DNA of 64,000 nt from Craspedostauros australis (taxonomy: Eukaryota): assembly GCA_030167865.1 (NCBI GenBank), contig JALAGF010001637.1, positions 1 through 64,000 of the forward strand, written 5' to 3'. Under the pieces are notes generated by a model, which ran no database searches, was not told the DNA's origin, and saw only the letters and a program-made list of their open reading frames with translations. Shown one piece after another: positions 12,462 to 23,274 of this stretch; position 1 is the stretch's first letter, and each line of letters begins with the position of its first letter. The position numbers and the translations under genes were made by a program.

Positions 12462-13737
12462 TTACTCCTTGTTGCTATCGGTGACTTCAAGGGCTCTGTT
12501 GAGCTCCTCGAGGGCTGCGCAGGCGTCGGCGGCCGTCTCAACGAGACATTCGTCGGTGAGCATGCCGCCCATGGCGTTCTCCGTTCTGGGGGCGGAAGCA
12601 ACCTCTTCCACGGTCTCCCATGCCAATCGGGCCTCCACGGAGGACTCTCCCTTCTCCTGGCTGACGGCCTGCGCACTCTCGATGGCGGCCATGAGCTCTG
12701 GGGACTGTGGCTTTGGCTTGGATTCTGGTGCTCCAATCTTGACGTTGCGCAGCTCGGTTGCCAATGCCTGGACGTTGTCCAACTCTGGCTTGATCTGCTT
12801 CATTATGGACTGAAGTGCCTCCATCTTCTCGTCGTACTCCTTGCAGAGCTCGCTGCTGTCACCATCGACCTGGCAGTCGACATCGGCGGATCCCTTGGTG
12901 GCCTCACTGTTGTCATCATCGTTGTTAATGTCATTTGGGGTAATTCGGTTATCGAAATATAATGGAGTGAAATGAAGTCGCATAGTAGGATTGGTTGCCG
13001 TCATTGTCGTTGCCATCATCAACATCATTGTTGTTGTCGTTGTCGCGGTTGAGTTGTCGTTGACCAATGAGTTGCATCGCGAGAATCGACGGGTGCGGAG
13101 CATGCCGAGGATTGACGATTTGGTGCGTTGTCGTCGAAAGGGATGCGAAGCAATCCAAGACATCACGAAAATGCAGATGCCGATCGGAATTGGTGAGCGA
13201 ATTTGATGGTTGGCATGTTGGTGGTTGGAATCTTCTCTGTTTGCCATGTCTGGCTTGCAGCGAATCCAAGGATGATTGCAGTCATTCCCCCATGGACGAT
13301 TGCGAATGTTGGCCTGGCATCCATGTTTCCATGCTTCCGTCCATGTATCAATAACCATCATCATCATCGTCGCCGCCGTTGCCTGTGCCATCGCCGGTGC
13401 GTCAAATGCATGGAGAAGAATTGCAAAACGCTGACACACACAATGAAATCGAATCTAATGGAACGGAGCAAGATGCACGATGGATTGCAATAACGTACGT
13501 GTTGTCAGAAGCCTGGATCTCCTCGATGGCCTCCCATGCGAGACGGGCCTCGACGGAGGCGGCTCCGTGCTTCTTGCTGAGCGCCATGGCATTCTCGATC
13601 ATGGAAGCAGCGTCGTTGACGGCCTGTGCCGAGAGCATGGTGGAAGCACGTGCAGATGGCATGGAGACGGAGAATCCGTTGGCAACGCCGGAAGCGGCGA
13701 AGGCGGCGAGGACGGTCATTGAGATGGAGAGCTTCAT
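12462..13737 (-). CDS. CP12: Plastid-targeted tandem CP12-domain protein; exons 13737-13499 and 12906-12462 (227 aa)
   Basis: Signal peptide plus Phe-initiated transit peptide (MKLSISMTVLAAFAASGVANG|FSV). Two core motifs, ARLAWEAIEEI and ARLAWETVEEV, each followed by a Cys pair (CQVDGDSSELCKEYDE; CLVETAADAC). Intron AC|GTACGT ... ACAG|T keeps the frame. Confidence 0.82.
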
Positions 13738-15075
13738 GGTGATGTTGTTGTTAGGTGGTTGTTGGGTGGTTGTTGTGGTTTTATGGGAGGATGTAATGGT
13801 GATGGCAGATTGGTTCATCAACCGTCTGTTTGCTTGTTTGCTTGCCTTGCTTGTTTGCTTGCCTTGCTTGGTTGTGGAACGAACACCTGGGCAGAACGAT
13901 TCTGTGGAACGATTGAAGAGATGAAGATCTGGCGGTGCGTTGTTGGGCAACGTGCGGTTTGGCAGGTCGTGACGTGATGTGACGTGAAGATCCGTCGATG
14001 ACTTTCGATTCCTCTCTGTTCCCTTCTCTGTCTGTCTCTGCGTCTGTCTGTGTGTCTGTGTGTGTGTTGCTGTCGAGAGAAGAGATGCTTCGTTTTCTCC
14101 TTCTCTTTTTGCGTGGCTGGTGGTCCATCACCCTTCCGTCCTTTGTGGTGTGGCCAACCTGCTGCGTTCTTTCCTTCTGCTTCCAGAGTGTTGGCTGGCA
14201 CGTGAAGCGGTCGCCTGATGTCTTTTTGACGTTCTCGTTGTTGATGGGTGACAGATTGCGAACGCGGCCTCGTGCATCTGTCGCAGAACACCACGACACA
14301 TGACAAGGAACGATGGAAGTGTCGCAGCCGTGTCCAACACGTTTGCGATGGTCCATGGTATCGTGCCGAGTTTCGATGAATATACTATACGACACAATGG
14401 ACTGAAATGACACTCTGACTGACCAAGTTCCAATCACACGGTGCAATCAAGTCGTGCCCAGTAACGGAAGCAATAGTCCCCAAAACCGCGGGCTCTTTGT
14501 CCCGAATACTGACACCGACGTCGCTGTCACAGATGACGCAACGGCTGCTGCCTCCACACATCGTCATTTGTGACCATCATCGCGCAGAGGACTTGACTCA
14601 CACAAACAAGAGTGGTTCGCGCGCGGAGCTGAGCAGATCCGGAACAACATCCATTGCGCATCCACCTTCGAAGGCAAGAACGCATTTGGACAGGCAAGGC
14701 GACCGACTATAGTACATGACAAGTATTCTATAACATTCCACCACATTGCACAAACAGAAGTAGCGATTGAGCAATAGCAGTAGCAATAGCGAAAGGAAGA
14801 GCTGGAGCAAGATCTTGGATACGACACAAGACAACACGAGCATTGGAGGGGTTGTGCGTTTCTTGCTGCACCAAGAGGAGGCGCGCGGGACACATCTGTT
14901 GGAGAGGACTTGGACAGGGCTTGGAGAGGGCGTGGAGAACCAGAGAGAGCAGCTTCCCAGGAGGAATACAGCCTACGCGTATTATAGTCGTACGAGCTAG
15001 GGCAGAGTGAGTGGGAGGAGCGATTGAACCAACTCCTGGACTCTCTTGTATTATAGAATACAATATTACACGAGA

Positions 15076-17238
15076 ATGGTCATGGACTTGCTGTCGAAAG
15101 CGCTGGGAACGCCCTCCTCAGAGCAACAGCAGTCACAACAGCAACAACAGCAGCAGTCACAGCAGCAGTCACATCTGAATGGCCGCGCCAACGGGCATGC
15201 CAACAACCACAAAGGCCGCAACGGCCACAGTATCGGCACCAGCAACAGCACGAGCAACAGCGACAAGACGCAGCACCACGACAACTCCGCCATCACGCCG
15301 CCATCCTCTCCAGCGCCGCCAATCCACACCACAGGTTCGCCGACTCCGCATCCTGCCATGTCGCCCCTCACTCCAGCAGACGGCCTCATGTCGAGAACGG
15401 AGCTCTACGATGACCACGGCAACCACAATGACATACGGTCGGGCGATATCGCATCAGCCTGGCCAAGCTTCGACGGACCATCGTCGCCATCGGCGAGGCC
15501 GTCAGCAAGGCCACTCACGATGGCAGAATCAACGACAGAATCAAAGAGCAGAGGAATGGAATCGGGACTGTCATCATCTGGAGCACGAGGATCGCAACGA
15601 TCGCAACAAGGAGCACGAGGATCGCAGCAAAGAGCAACGCCGGCGGCACCCACTTCGGTCCACGAGACCATCCACGCGCAGTCGCTGTTGCTGGGCTTGG
15701 CATTCATGGCCATCTGGTCGGCAAACAATGTCATGGCGCCCAACCTCACGCAGATGGCCGACTTCTTCGGCATGGACGAAAGCCAGCGCGATCTCTACCT
15801 CGGCAGCTACTGCGCGTTGGCAGTCGGCGTCTTCTCGCTGCCCATCTCGGCGATGATCGGGATCATGGCGGATTTCATGCCCAGGAAGCACCTCTTCTTG
15901 GCCACCATCATCGGCGGTTGCATCGCCAGCGTCGCGACGGGCCTGGCCACCAACTTCGTATGGCTCATCATCGCGCGTCTCGTCAACGGCGGCTGCATGA
16001 GTGGCAGCGTGCCGGTGGCCTTCTCCCTGCTCGGCGATCTATTCGAGGTCGAGGAGCGCAACGCGGCCAGCAGCGGCCTCACCGCCATGATGGGGCTGGG
16101 CATCATCTTGGGTCAGGTCTACGCAGGCGTCGTCGGCAGTTCCATGGGATGGTCGCATCCATTTTACGTCAGCTCCATGCTATCGGCGGTCGCCGCCGTC
16201 TTCGTCCTGCTCTGGGTCAGAGAACCCGTGCGCGGCGGCAAGGAGAAGGTCCTGCAGCACATGATCCGCTCCGGCACCAAGTACGACCGCCATCTCACGT
16301 GGGCCGGCTTCGCGCACACCATGAAGCACAACCAGTCCAACCGCCTCCTCATCTGGCAGGGATTCTTCAGCAGCGTCCCGTGGGGCATCATCTTCGTATT
16401 CCTCAATGACTACCTGTCGCAGGAGAAGGGATTCAGCGTCCCCGACGCCACCCTCATGGTCATGCTATTCGGCATTGGATGCGCCATCGGCGGAGTCCTG
16501 GGCGGCTACCTAGGACAGGTATTCATGCGCATCAACCGCTCCTACCTACCCCTCTTCATGGCGGCCACCACCTTCCTCGGATTCTTCCCCTTCTACGGAT
16601 TGCTCAACTCAAACTTCACCAACCCGCGCGGCTACCTCGCCATGTTCTACGCCACCAGCGGCGGCATCGTCGCCAGCCTGCCCTCCGTCAACGTGCGTCC
16701 CTGCATCATCAACGTCAACCCACCCGAAACCAGGGGCGCCACCCTCACGGCGGCAAACCTCATCATCATGGTCGCCAGAGGCGTCGGTCCCTCCTGCATC
16801 ACCCTCATGGGCGGAACCTTCCACGTCAGCCGACAATTCTCATTCAACATCACCCTCCTCTTCTTCTGGCTCATGAGCTCCATCCAGCTCCTCATGCTGA
16901 CTCGCACCCTGCCCAAGGACCAGGATGACATGGAGACCGAACTGGCACGTTACGCCGAACAGGCAGTCGAAATCGCACGCGCCTCAAGGCAGCGCAATTC
17001 GTTCAACGACGAGGAGTCCTTGATCAGCATCGAGGAGCGCATGACGTCCTTCGACGGACGCGCCGCAAGGCAGTCGCTCAAATTCATGCGCATGGGCATC
17101 CGCGAGCTGTCGGCCGAAGTCATTCATCTGGGACACTGCGTCGATCATCATGCGTCGCCGCAAAATGAAATCGTTGCGACGGAGGGCACGCGGTTGTTCA
17201 CGGCGCAAGATGATGGTGATGGTCACACGTTTGTGTGA
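15076..17238 (+). CDS. Major facilitator superfamily transporter (spinster-like) with long disordered N-terminus
   Basis: About 12 hydrophobic helices; motif-A-like GIMADFMPRKHLF; IIARLVNGG; PVAFSLLGDLFEVEERNAAS; VREPVRG; NVNPPETRG. Confidence 0.9.
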   Translation: MVMDLLSKALGTPSSEQQQSQQQQQQQSQQQSHLNGRANGHANNHKGRNGHSIGTSNSTSNSDKTQHHDNSAITPPSSPAPPIHTTGSPTPHPAMSPLTPADGLMSRTELYDDHGNHNDIRSGDIASAWPSFDGPSSPSARPSARPLTMAESTTESKSRGMESGLSSSGARGSQRSQQGARGSQQRATPAAPTSVHETIHAQSLLLGLAFMAIWSANNVMAPNLTQMADFFGMDESQRDLYLGSYCALAVGVFSLPISAMIGIMADFMPRKHLFLATIIGGCIASVATGLATNFVWLIIARLVNGGCMSGSVPVAFSLLGDLFEVEERNAASSGLTAMMGLGIILGQVYAGVVGSSMGWSHPFYVSSMLSAVAAVFVLLWVREPVRGGKEKVLQHMIRSGTKYDRHLTWAGFAHTMKHNQSNRLLIWQGFFSSVPWGIIFVFLNDYLSQEKGFSVPDATLMVMLFGIGCAIGGVLGGYLGQVFMRINRSYLPLFMAATTFLGFFPFYGLLNSNFTNPRGYLAMFYATSGGIVASLPSVNVRPCIINVNPPETRGATLTAANLIIMVARGVGPSCITLMGGTFHVSRQFSFNITLLFFWLMSSIQLLMLTRTLPKDQDDMETELARYAEQAVEIARASRQRNSFNDEESLISIEERMTSFDGRAARQSLKFMRMGIRELSAEVIHLGHCVDHHASPQNEIVATEGTRLFTAQDDGDGHTFV

Positions 17239-17486
17239 AGTGCATGATATAATATTAAACGTAATATAGAATGTACGCAGTGTGATTTAACGTGATAATA
17301 CATACTGCTACGGCTGTCGAGAATAATATCATCCTGTGAACTGCATTTGGAATGGAATCGACAATCGTCGGTATTCTGCAAACTCCACCGTCAGAGCAGA
17401 GGAGAAAGTGCTCGCGATGCGACAGTGCGCTATACGACTCTCCATCCAAGGCATTCAAGGCATTCGAAGGCATTCTCAAGAACTCT

Positions 17487-18137
17487 CTAAGACGATCCCG
17501 GAATCCGAAGCTGATCCATGTACCGCCACAGCAGGTTGGGCGATATGAAACCATCCACCTCATGAAAGATCCCGTTGCCAACAACGATCGAATCCACGAT
17601 CTTGGCGCCGTTGATCGTGACGCCGCCGTCCTCCTTGCCGCCCAACCCGAACAACCCGCCCGTCACGGACCGCCCCACGGGCACTTCGCCACCGATCGTG
17701 ATGATGCCGCCCGCTTCGAACAGCTCGTCGGCCGTCACGACTTCGTCAATGACGTGGTAAGCCCCGATACGTTCGGCGCCTTCCGCATTGCGCACATCCG
17801 ACAGCTGCTCGCGGCGTTTCTCGCTGAGGCTGGCAAAGGCGGCGTCATTGACGGCAAAGACGGTGAAGCCTTCGTCGCTGCCGCCCAACGCCTTCCACAC
17901 GCCGTCGTTGGCTTGCAGCAACGCGCTCATGGCGGGGTAGTTTTCTTGCAGGAACTCTTTGACGCGCAGGATGTCGGGATTCTCGGATGCGGCGTCGCGG
18001 AGGCGTGTGGTGCGGCGCATGCAGGATTGTTGCAGCTGGAAGCCGAGCGATGTGGTCGTGGTCAGCAGGACGAGCAGCATGGCATGGCAGCATGTGCGGA
18101 ATGCCGCGCGGGCGGTGATGAGTGGAGCTGATCGCAT
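17487..18137 (-). CDS. Fasciclin (FAS1) domain protein, probably plastid-targeted (start 18137 or 18080)
   Basis: FAS1 motifs FTVFAVNDAAF, AYHVI, VTINGAKIV, NGIFHEVDGFI. Presequence MLLVLLTTTTSLG|FQLQ followed by an Arg/Thr-rich transit-like segment. Confidence 0.85.
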   Translation of the reverse strand: MRSAPLITARAAFRTCCHAMLLVLLTTTTSLGFQLQQSCMRRTTRLRDAASENPDILRVKEFLQENYPAMSALLQANDGVWKALGGSDEGFTVFAVNDAAFASLSEKRREQLSDVRNAEGAERIGAYHVIDEVVTADELFEAGGIITIGGEVPVGRSVTGGLFGLGGKEDGGVTINGAKIVDSIVVGNGIFHEVDGFISPNLLWRYMDQLRIPGSS

Positions 18138-18159
18138 GGGTGCAGTGTTATCGTTGGTA

Positions 18160-18236
18160 TTGGTATTGATGCTGTTGCAATTGATGTTGTTGCAATTGAT
18201 GCTGTTGGTATTGATGCTGTTGCAATTGATGTTGGT
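18160..18236. repeat. Degenerate 15-bp tandem repeat (TTGATGCTGTTGCAA) about x5, upstream of the fasciclin gene
   Basis: Directly visible repeated ttgatg(c/t)tgttg(caa/gta) units. Confidence 0.75.
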
Positions 18237-18725
18237 CTTCGCAGAGGGGGATTGTGCATTTGTGTGCGCAGGATGGCAGTCTTTGTGCAGAGCGCTCGTG
18301 TTGGTGCCATCCTCTGCCCCCAAGTGCGTTGCGACTGCCTTTCAGGGTTCTCTTGTGCGAATCGGCAGCCACAAATTGAAGGATGGAAGATACCAAAGGT
18401 GTCAAAGGTGTCAATCAGAACAGCAACCGCGAAGCCACGTTGCTTGTGCGAGTTGCGAGAAACATTATCTAGTTTCGTTCATTGTAGACTTTCGATCTAC
18501 GAAAATGGACAGACCAAAACAAGAACAACAAGGAAACAAGAAACTTGAGACCAGCCTCAACGCCAAGTCATCTCTTCATTCATCTCTCCATTCATCTCGT
18601 CACAGCGATCATCAATACTCGTGGCTTGTGCAATACAAGCAATATATTATTATTATATTATTCTATAATAGAATATATAATAGCACATTGCAAACGACAC
18701 ATTCCACACCAACAGAATCCTCACC

Positions 18726-19304
18726 ATGACGACCACAGACACAACTGCAGATGCAGACGCGGACACCAACGACAAGCCATCCAAATTCGAGGCCTTGGGC
18801 ACCAAACTGCGCCGCCTCATCAAGAAGATCGAAGCATCCTTCGTGGCAAACGAGGACGCCTCCGTGCTGCTGCAACGATGCGATGAGATCCTCCTGGCCA
18901 TGATGGCGCAGACGCATGGCGATTGTGCGCAGACCGATACGACCAACGCCTTTCTCGTGCAGATTCAATCGTACCGGCGGCACAACGATCGTCATCTCTT
19001 GGTGCATGGCACGACAACGTGCGATGATGCGACCGAAGAACCACCGAGCATGGCATCGCCGCGCAATACGGGAATCCGCGGCAAGATGGGACAGCAGCAG
19101 GAGCAGCTGCGGCGGCAGAATGAGCGGTTGCAGAATGCGCGGCGCACGATGCAGGAGACGAGCCAGTTGAGTGAGGAGATCATGGAGGAGCTGGGCAGGA
19201 ATCGCGAGACGATGGAGGCATCGAGCGGCAAGATTCAGGGCCTGCGCGAGATGAGCGGGAATGCCAAGACGATGGTCGATAAGCTCATGAGGAAATGGTT
19301 TTGA
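18726..19304 (+). CDS. Vti1-like (Qb) SNARE-motif coiled-coil protein without a TM anchor
   Basis: Helical N-terminal region plus C-terminal QNERLQNARRTMQETSQLSEEIMEELGRNRETMEASSGKIQGLREMSGNAKTMVDKLMRK, matching the Vti1 SNARE pattern (ERL..S.R...ET......I...L..QRE.L). Confidence 0.65.
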   Translation: MTTTDTTADADADTNDKPSKFEALGTKLRRLIKKIEASFVANEDASVLLQRCDEILLAMMAQTHGDCAQTDTTNAFLVQIQSYRRHNDRHLLVHGTTTCDDATEEPPSMASPRNTGIRGKMGQQQEQLRRQNERLQNARRTMQETSQLSEEIMEELGRNRETMEASSGKIQGLREMSGNAKTMVDKLMRKWF

Positions 19305-19717
19305 ATGTGGACGTATGTGTGTGCGGGCATATGAAGCAGAGCACTGCATTGTGTGGATGGGTTGCGTGGTGTTTGGAGTGGTGCAAGTACTTGTCAGAAA
19401 CCTCGCTTTCGGAATATTTGTATGAGTAGAGCGCCATGCTCTCTATCCATCAATCTATCTCTCTGGAGAGACTATGCAAGTGTTGGCGATGTAATTAGAA
19501 TAGAGTAGTATTATATTATGCATTACGCTGCTGCAGTAGCAAGTAGAAATGGAAGTCAGCACGTGCTGCTTTCGTTGTTGGGAAGGTTGGCAATGTTGGG
19601 ACGGTTGGATCATCCGTCCATCTGTTCGCGCGTTTGTCTGTCGTCATCCAGAAGAATGTCCTTTACGACTACCATTCCCACTGCAACAAAGAATAATGAC
19701 CCGCCCGCCAGCGCAAT

Positions 19718-20491
19718 TTACTTGGCCGTAAACCCGCCATCGACGAAGAGCGTCTGCCCCGTGATGAAGTTGGATGCCGGCGACGACAGAAAGATGGTGG
19801 CGCCATGCAGATCTTCGACGAGCCCGTTGCGACCGATGGCGGTGCAATGCGCCAACTTGGCCGACAGATCGGCATTGGCAAAGACGGAGGCCGTCAGCTC
19901 CGTGGGAAAGAAGCCGGGACCGATGGCGTTGCAGTTGATGCCGTCCTTGGACCACTCCTGCGCCATGGCGCGCGTGAGCTGCGTGATGCCTCCCTTGCTG
20001 GCGCCGTAGGGCAGACAGTCGGGGAAGGCACGTTGCGATTGCAGCGACGCGATGTTGACGATGCGGCCCCACTTCTTCTGTTTCATGGGCTCGACGAGGT
20101 GGCGGGCGAGGAAGAAGGGGATGCCGAGATTGAGGTTGAGCGTCTGCTGCCACGTCTCGACGCTGATGTCGCCGACGGGTTGTCGGAAGTTGACGCCTGC
20201 CGCGTTGATGAGGATGTCGACGCCGCCGCGGGCGAGGACCTCGTTGGCCAGCTCCTCGGCGCCTTCGAAGCTGCCGAGATCGGCCTTGAGCGGCGTGACG
20301 GTGGAGCCCGTTTGGGAGGCGATCTCCTTCGATGCCTCCTCGAGGACCTCGAGCCTGCGGGCGGCGATGAAGACGTCGGCTCCGGCCGAAGCCAGCGCGG
20401 TGGCCATAGCGCGTCCCAATCCGCTGCTGGCTCCCGTCACGAGCGCCACCTTGCCGCTGATGTCAAAGAGTTTGGTGCCGACCGTCGTCAT
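19718..20491 (-). CDS. Classical SDR oxidoreductase, gluconate 5-dehydrogenase / KduD-like; intronless
   Basis: GKVALVTGASSGLG, DILINAAG, WGRIVNIASLQS, catalytic YGASK, NAIGPGFFPT, ITGQTLFVDGG. Confidence 0.92.
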   Translation of the reverse strand: MTTVGTKLFDISGKVALVTGASSGLGRAMATALASAGADVFIAARRLEVLEEASKEIASQTGSTVTPLKADLGSFEGAEELANEVLARGGVDILINAAGVNFRQPVGDISVETWQQTLNLNLGIPFFLARHLVEPMKQKKWGRIVNIASLQSQRAFPDCLPYGASKGGITQLTRAMAQEWSKDGINCNAIGPGFFPTELTASVFANADLSAKLAHCTAIGRNGLVEDLHGATIFLSSPASNFITGQTLFVDGGFTAK

Positions 20492-20586
20492 CTTGTTCGT
20501 TGTTCGAGTGTGAGTGTGAGTGTTAGTGTGGGTATCGTGTTGATTGGAGAGTTCTGGAATGTGGCTGGATCTTGTGCGAACTGAAT

Positions 20587-20616
20587 GATGTGATGTGATG
20601 TGATGTGATGTGATGT
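20587..20616. repeat. (TGATG)n pentanucleotide microsatellite
   Basis: tgatg repeated about 6 times upstream of the SDR gene. Confidence 0.85.
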
Positions 20617-21194
20617 TGACAGCCCTTGGATCAATGCCTCTTTGGCTGGTTGGATACGCGCATGAGATGCAGACGCGAGACGCAAATGGTATCCGCAGAC
20701 ATCCACACGATGGTCAGGTTTGATGGCGTCCCACGCAAAAGATGAGAAAATGATGGGCCGAATGAGTCCAATGAGTCAAAAAGATACAGAACACGGGGGA
20801 ATCGCGCAAACGTGGAAATTAGTGCGTCGTCCAATCCATCTTCTGAGTCAACATCGCGAAGTTGCGTTGGCCTGTTTTGGATTTTGCCTTTTGTTGTGGT
20901 CGTGGTGTTGTGCCGTCATGTTTGTGGGAACCTCGACCAAACTGCACAACAACAACACAGAAACCGATCCCATCATTCCCAATTGCGCTCCCAGCCTCCA
21001 TTCTCGGTCGCATCCACACTGCATCCACATTTAGTTCTCGTCCAACTCGATACGCAGAATAGCACTGTCACTCTGTACCAGGACAACACGCTCTTGGCCA
21101 CCACCGTATTGTTGTGAGAACAAGCACTTCATTCATTCATCCTTGCTTCCATACTTAATATTCTATTATATTGTAATAGAATATAATCGCAAAG

Positions 21195-22857
21195 ATGGCG
21201 CTCGTCGTGGAAAGCTGGGCCAAGGTCAAGGCCATTGACAATTACGAGGAAGTTGCTGGAGAGCTGCTCTTCAAGAAGTGAGTACCGTACTCCATGCTTG
21301 CGTCCATGCTTGCATCCATGCAGGTATCTGCCGACTTCTTCCCATCATCGTCGTCTCATGCTCATGCTCATCATCTTCTTCATCCCCACTCCTTCACGCC
21401 TTCACTCTTTACGACTACATTCATTACTCCATTCGCACAGAATCTTCGAAATCAACCCAGACGCCACCGCCCTCTTCGAATTCGCGAACGATTTCGAAGC
21501 ATCCGATGAGGCAATGTACAAGACGGAGGCCTTCAAACAACACGCCACCGGCGTCATCAAATCCGTCACGAAGGCCGTCGAGCTGCTGCAACAGAATCAG
21601 ATGAACGACCTCACCGAAATCTTGCAGACGCTGGGTGCCAAACACGCTCATCTCAATTTGGAGGCGCCGCATTTCGAGCTCGTCGGTGACGCGCTGCTGC
21701 AGACGCTCGCGGCGGCTCTGGGCGAGGCCTTCACGGACGAGACGAAGGCAGCGTGGACCGGTGTCTACGGCGTCATCACGCAGCACATGATGGAGGGCGC
21801 CAGCAACCATGTCGCGCAGCAGCTCGTGCGCAATTCCTTCCGGCTTTCCTTTGTTTCGGAGGCCGTGGTGGACGAGATCGCCAAAGAAGAGATGGAAGAT
21901 TCAAACGAAGAGAAGAAGGCCGAGGAGATGGATGAGCTGCAGCCCCACGATGAAGCCGAGACAGCGCGCAATGCCGTCACGGCCGCCTTGGAACTTTCGG
22001 CGCAGCAGGCGAAACAAAATGCGGATGCCATCGCCAATGAGGTCACCAAGGCCTTGGACGAGGCCTCCAAGTTTGCCCAGAAGAAGGCGCAGGATGCCGC
22101 GAAGGCTAATCACAATGAGATCCAAAAGACGGAACAGCAGATTTCGACCGTCGTCAAGGAAGAGGTCGAAACCAACAACAGAACTGTCTCCGATGCAACG
22201 CAGTCCGCGCAAAAGGCCGTCGACGCCGCCTTTCAGAAAACGATTGACGACGCCAAGATGACGATGGCCGATGTGCAGCAACGTCAAACGAAGGAGACCA
22301 ACAAGGTCGAGACCATCCCCGATCAGCTCGCCAAATCCTTGCCGGACGAGACGGCACAGCGGAAGGTCAGCAATGCCATCGAACTCAGTTTGCAAAAGGC
22401 GAAACAGGACAACAGCTTGAAGCAGCAAGCCAAGACAGAGCAGGCCGCGCGTGCGGCCGTCAACAGCGCCTTTGAGAAGGGCATTCGTGATGCGCAGAAA
22501 AAGATGAAGCAACAGCCTGCTGCTGCGCAAAAACCGATGGAGCCACAATCTAGGTCGGCTCCAATCGTCGCCAAGACCAGCAGCGACCCTGCCTTTGAGC
22601 GTATTGTGCTTGTCACGTTGATGTTTGCGTTCTTCATCGTGTTCGCATTCACCACGGCAACGCTGCACCAGAATGGCGGCAGTTTGTCCATGACCGCTCC
22701 CTTCCAGATGCCGGCGTTGCAAACCACGATGCAGACACCGCCCAATAGTGCAAGGGTTGAAGACGCCAGCCCGCTGACTGCGAGCCAACAAAAGCGGAAG
22801 AGAAATCCAATCGTTCGATTCTTCAGCAAGATGAAAGGTCGCATCAGCCAAAAATGA
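21195..22857 (+). CDS. Chimeric globin: N-terminal globin + Ala/Lys/Gln helical stalk + TM helix; exons 21195-21277 and 21441-22857 (499 aa)
   Basis: Exon 1 MALVVESWAKVKAIDNYEEVAGELLFK-AA|GTGAGT; acceptor CACAG|A gives K-IFEINPDATALF. His E7 (QHATGV), His F8 (GAKH), FTDETKAAW. TM helix IVLVTLMFAFFIVFAFTTATL. Confidence 0.9.
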
Positions 22858-23274
22858 AGAGCGGAATAACTGTTGCCATCCAAAAGCATGCATCTGAAGA
22901 AGCCGTTGCTCAACATGTTGAACATGTAAGTCAGTACACCAGCACAACAGTAAATCAGTAACATATAACACTAATTGTCAGTTAAGACATTTCGTCACCA
23001 CCTCTTGCAACCTTGTCCTTGTTTCGTTCCTCATCAAAGTGAATCGATACACAAGCTGATGTTGCGAGTATTGTACTCCTCGTTGAGTTTGATTGGAATG
23101 GTTTGAATTGGATTGATGTTGTGCGTCATCGCACTCAGTTGATAATACTCATGTCGCGCTCTCTCCTTCTCACACCAACGTGCAGATTCATTCTGCTTTG
23201 CTTTGCTTTCCTTTGATTCGTTGGTGTGGAGTGGATGGCTGCGGTATCCAGTCGGACGTGATGGTATACCATAC

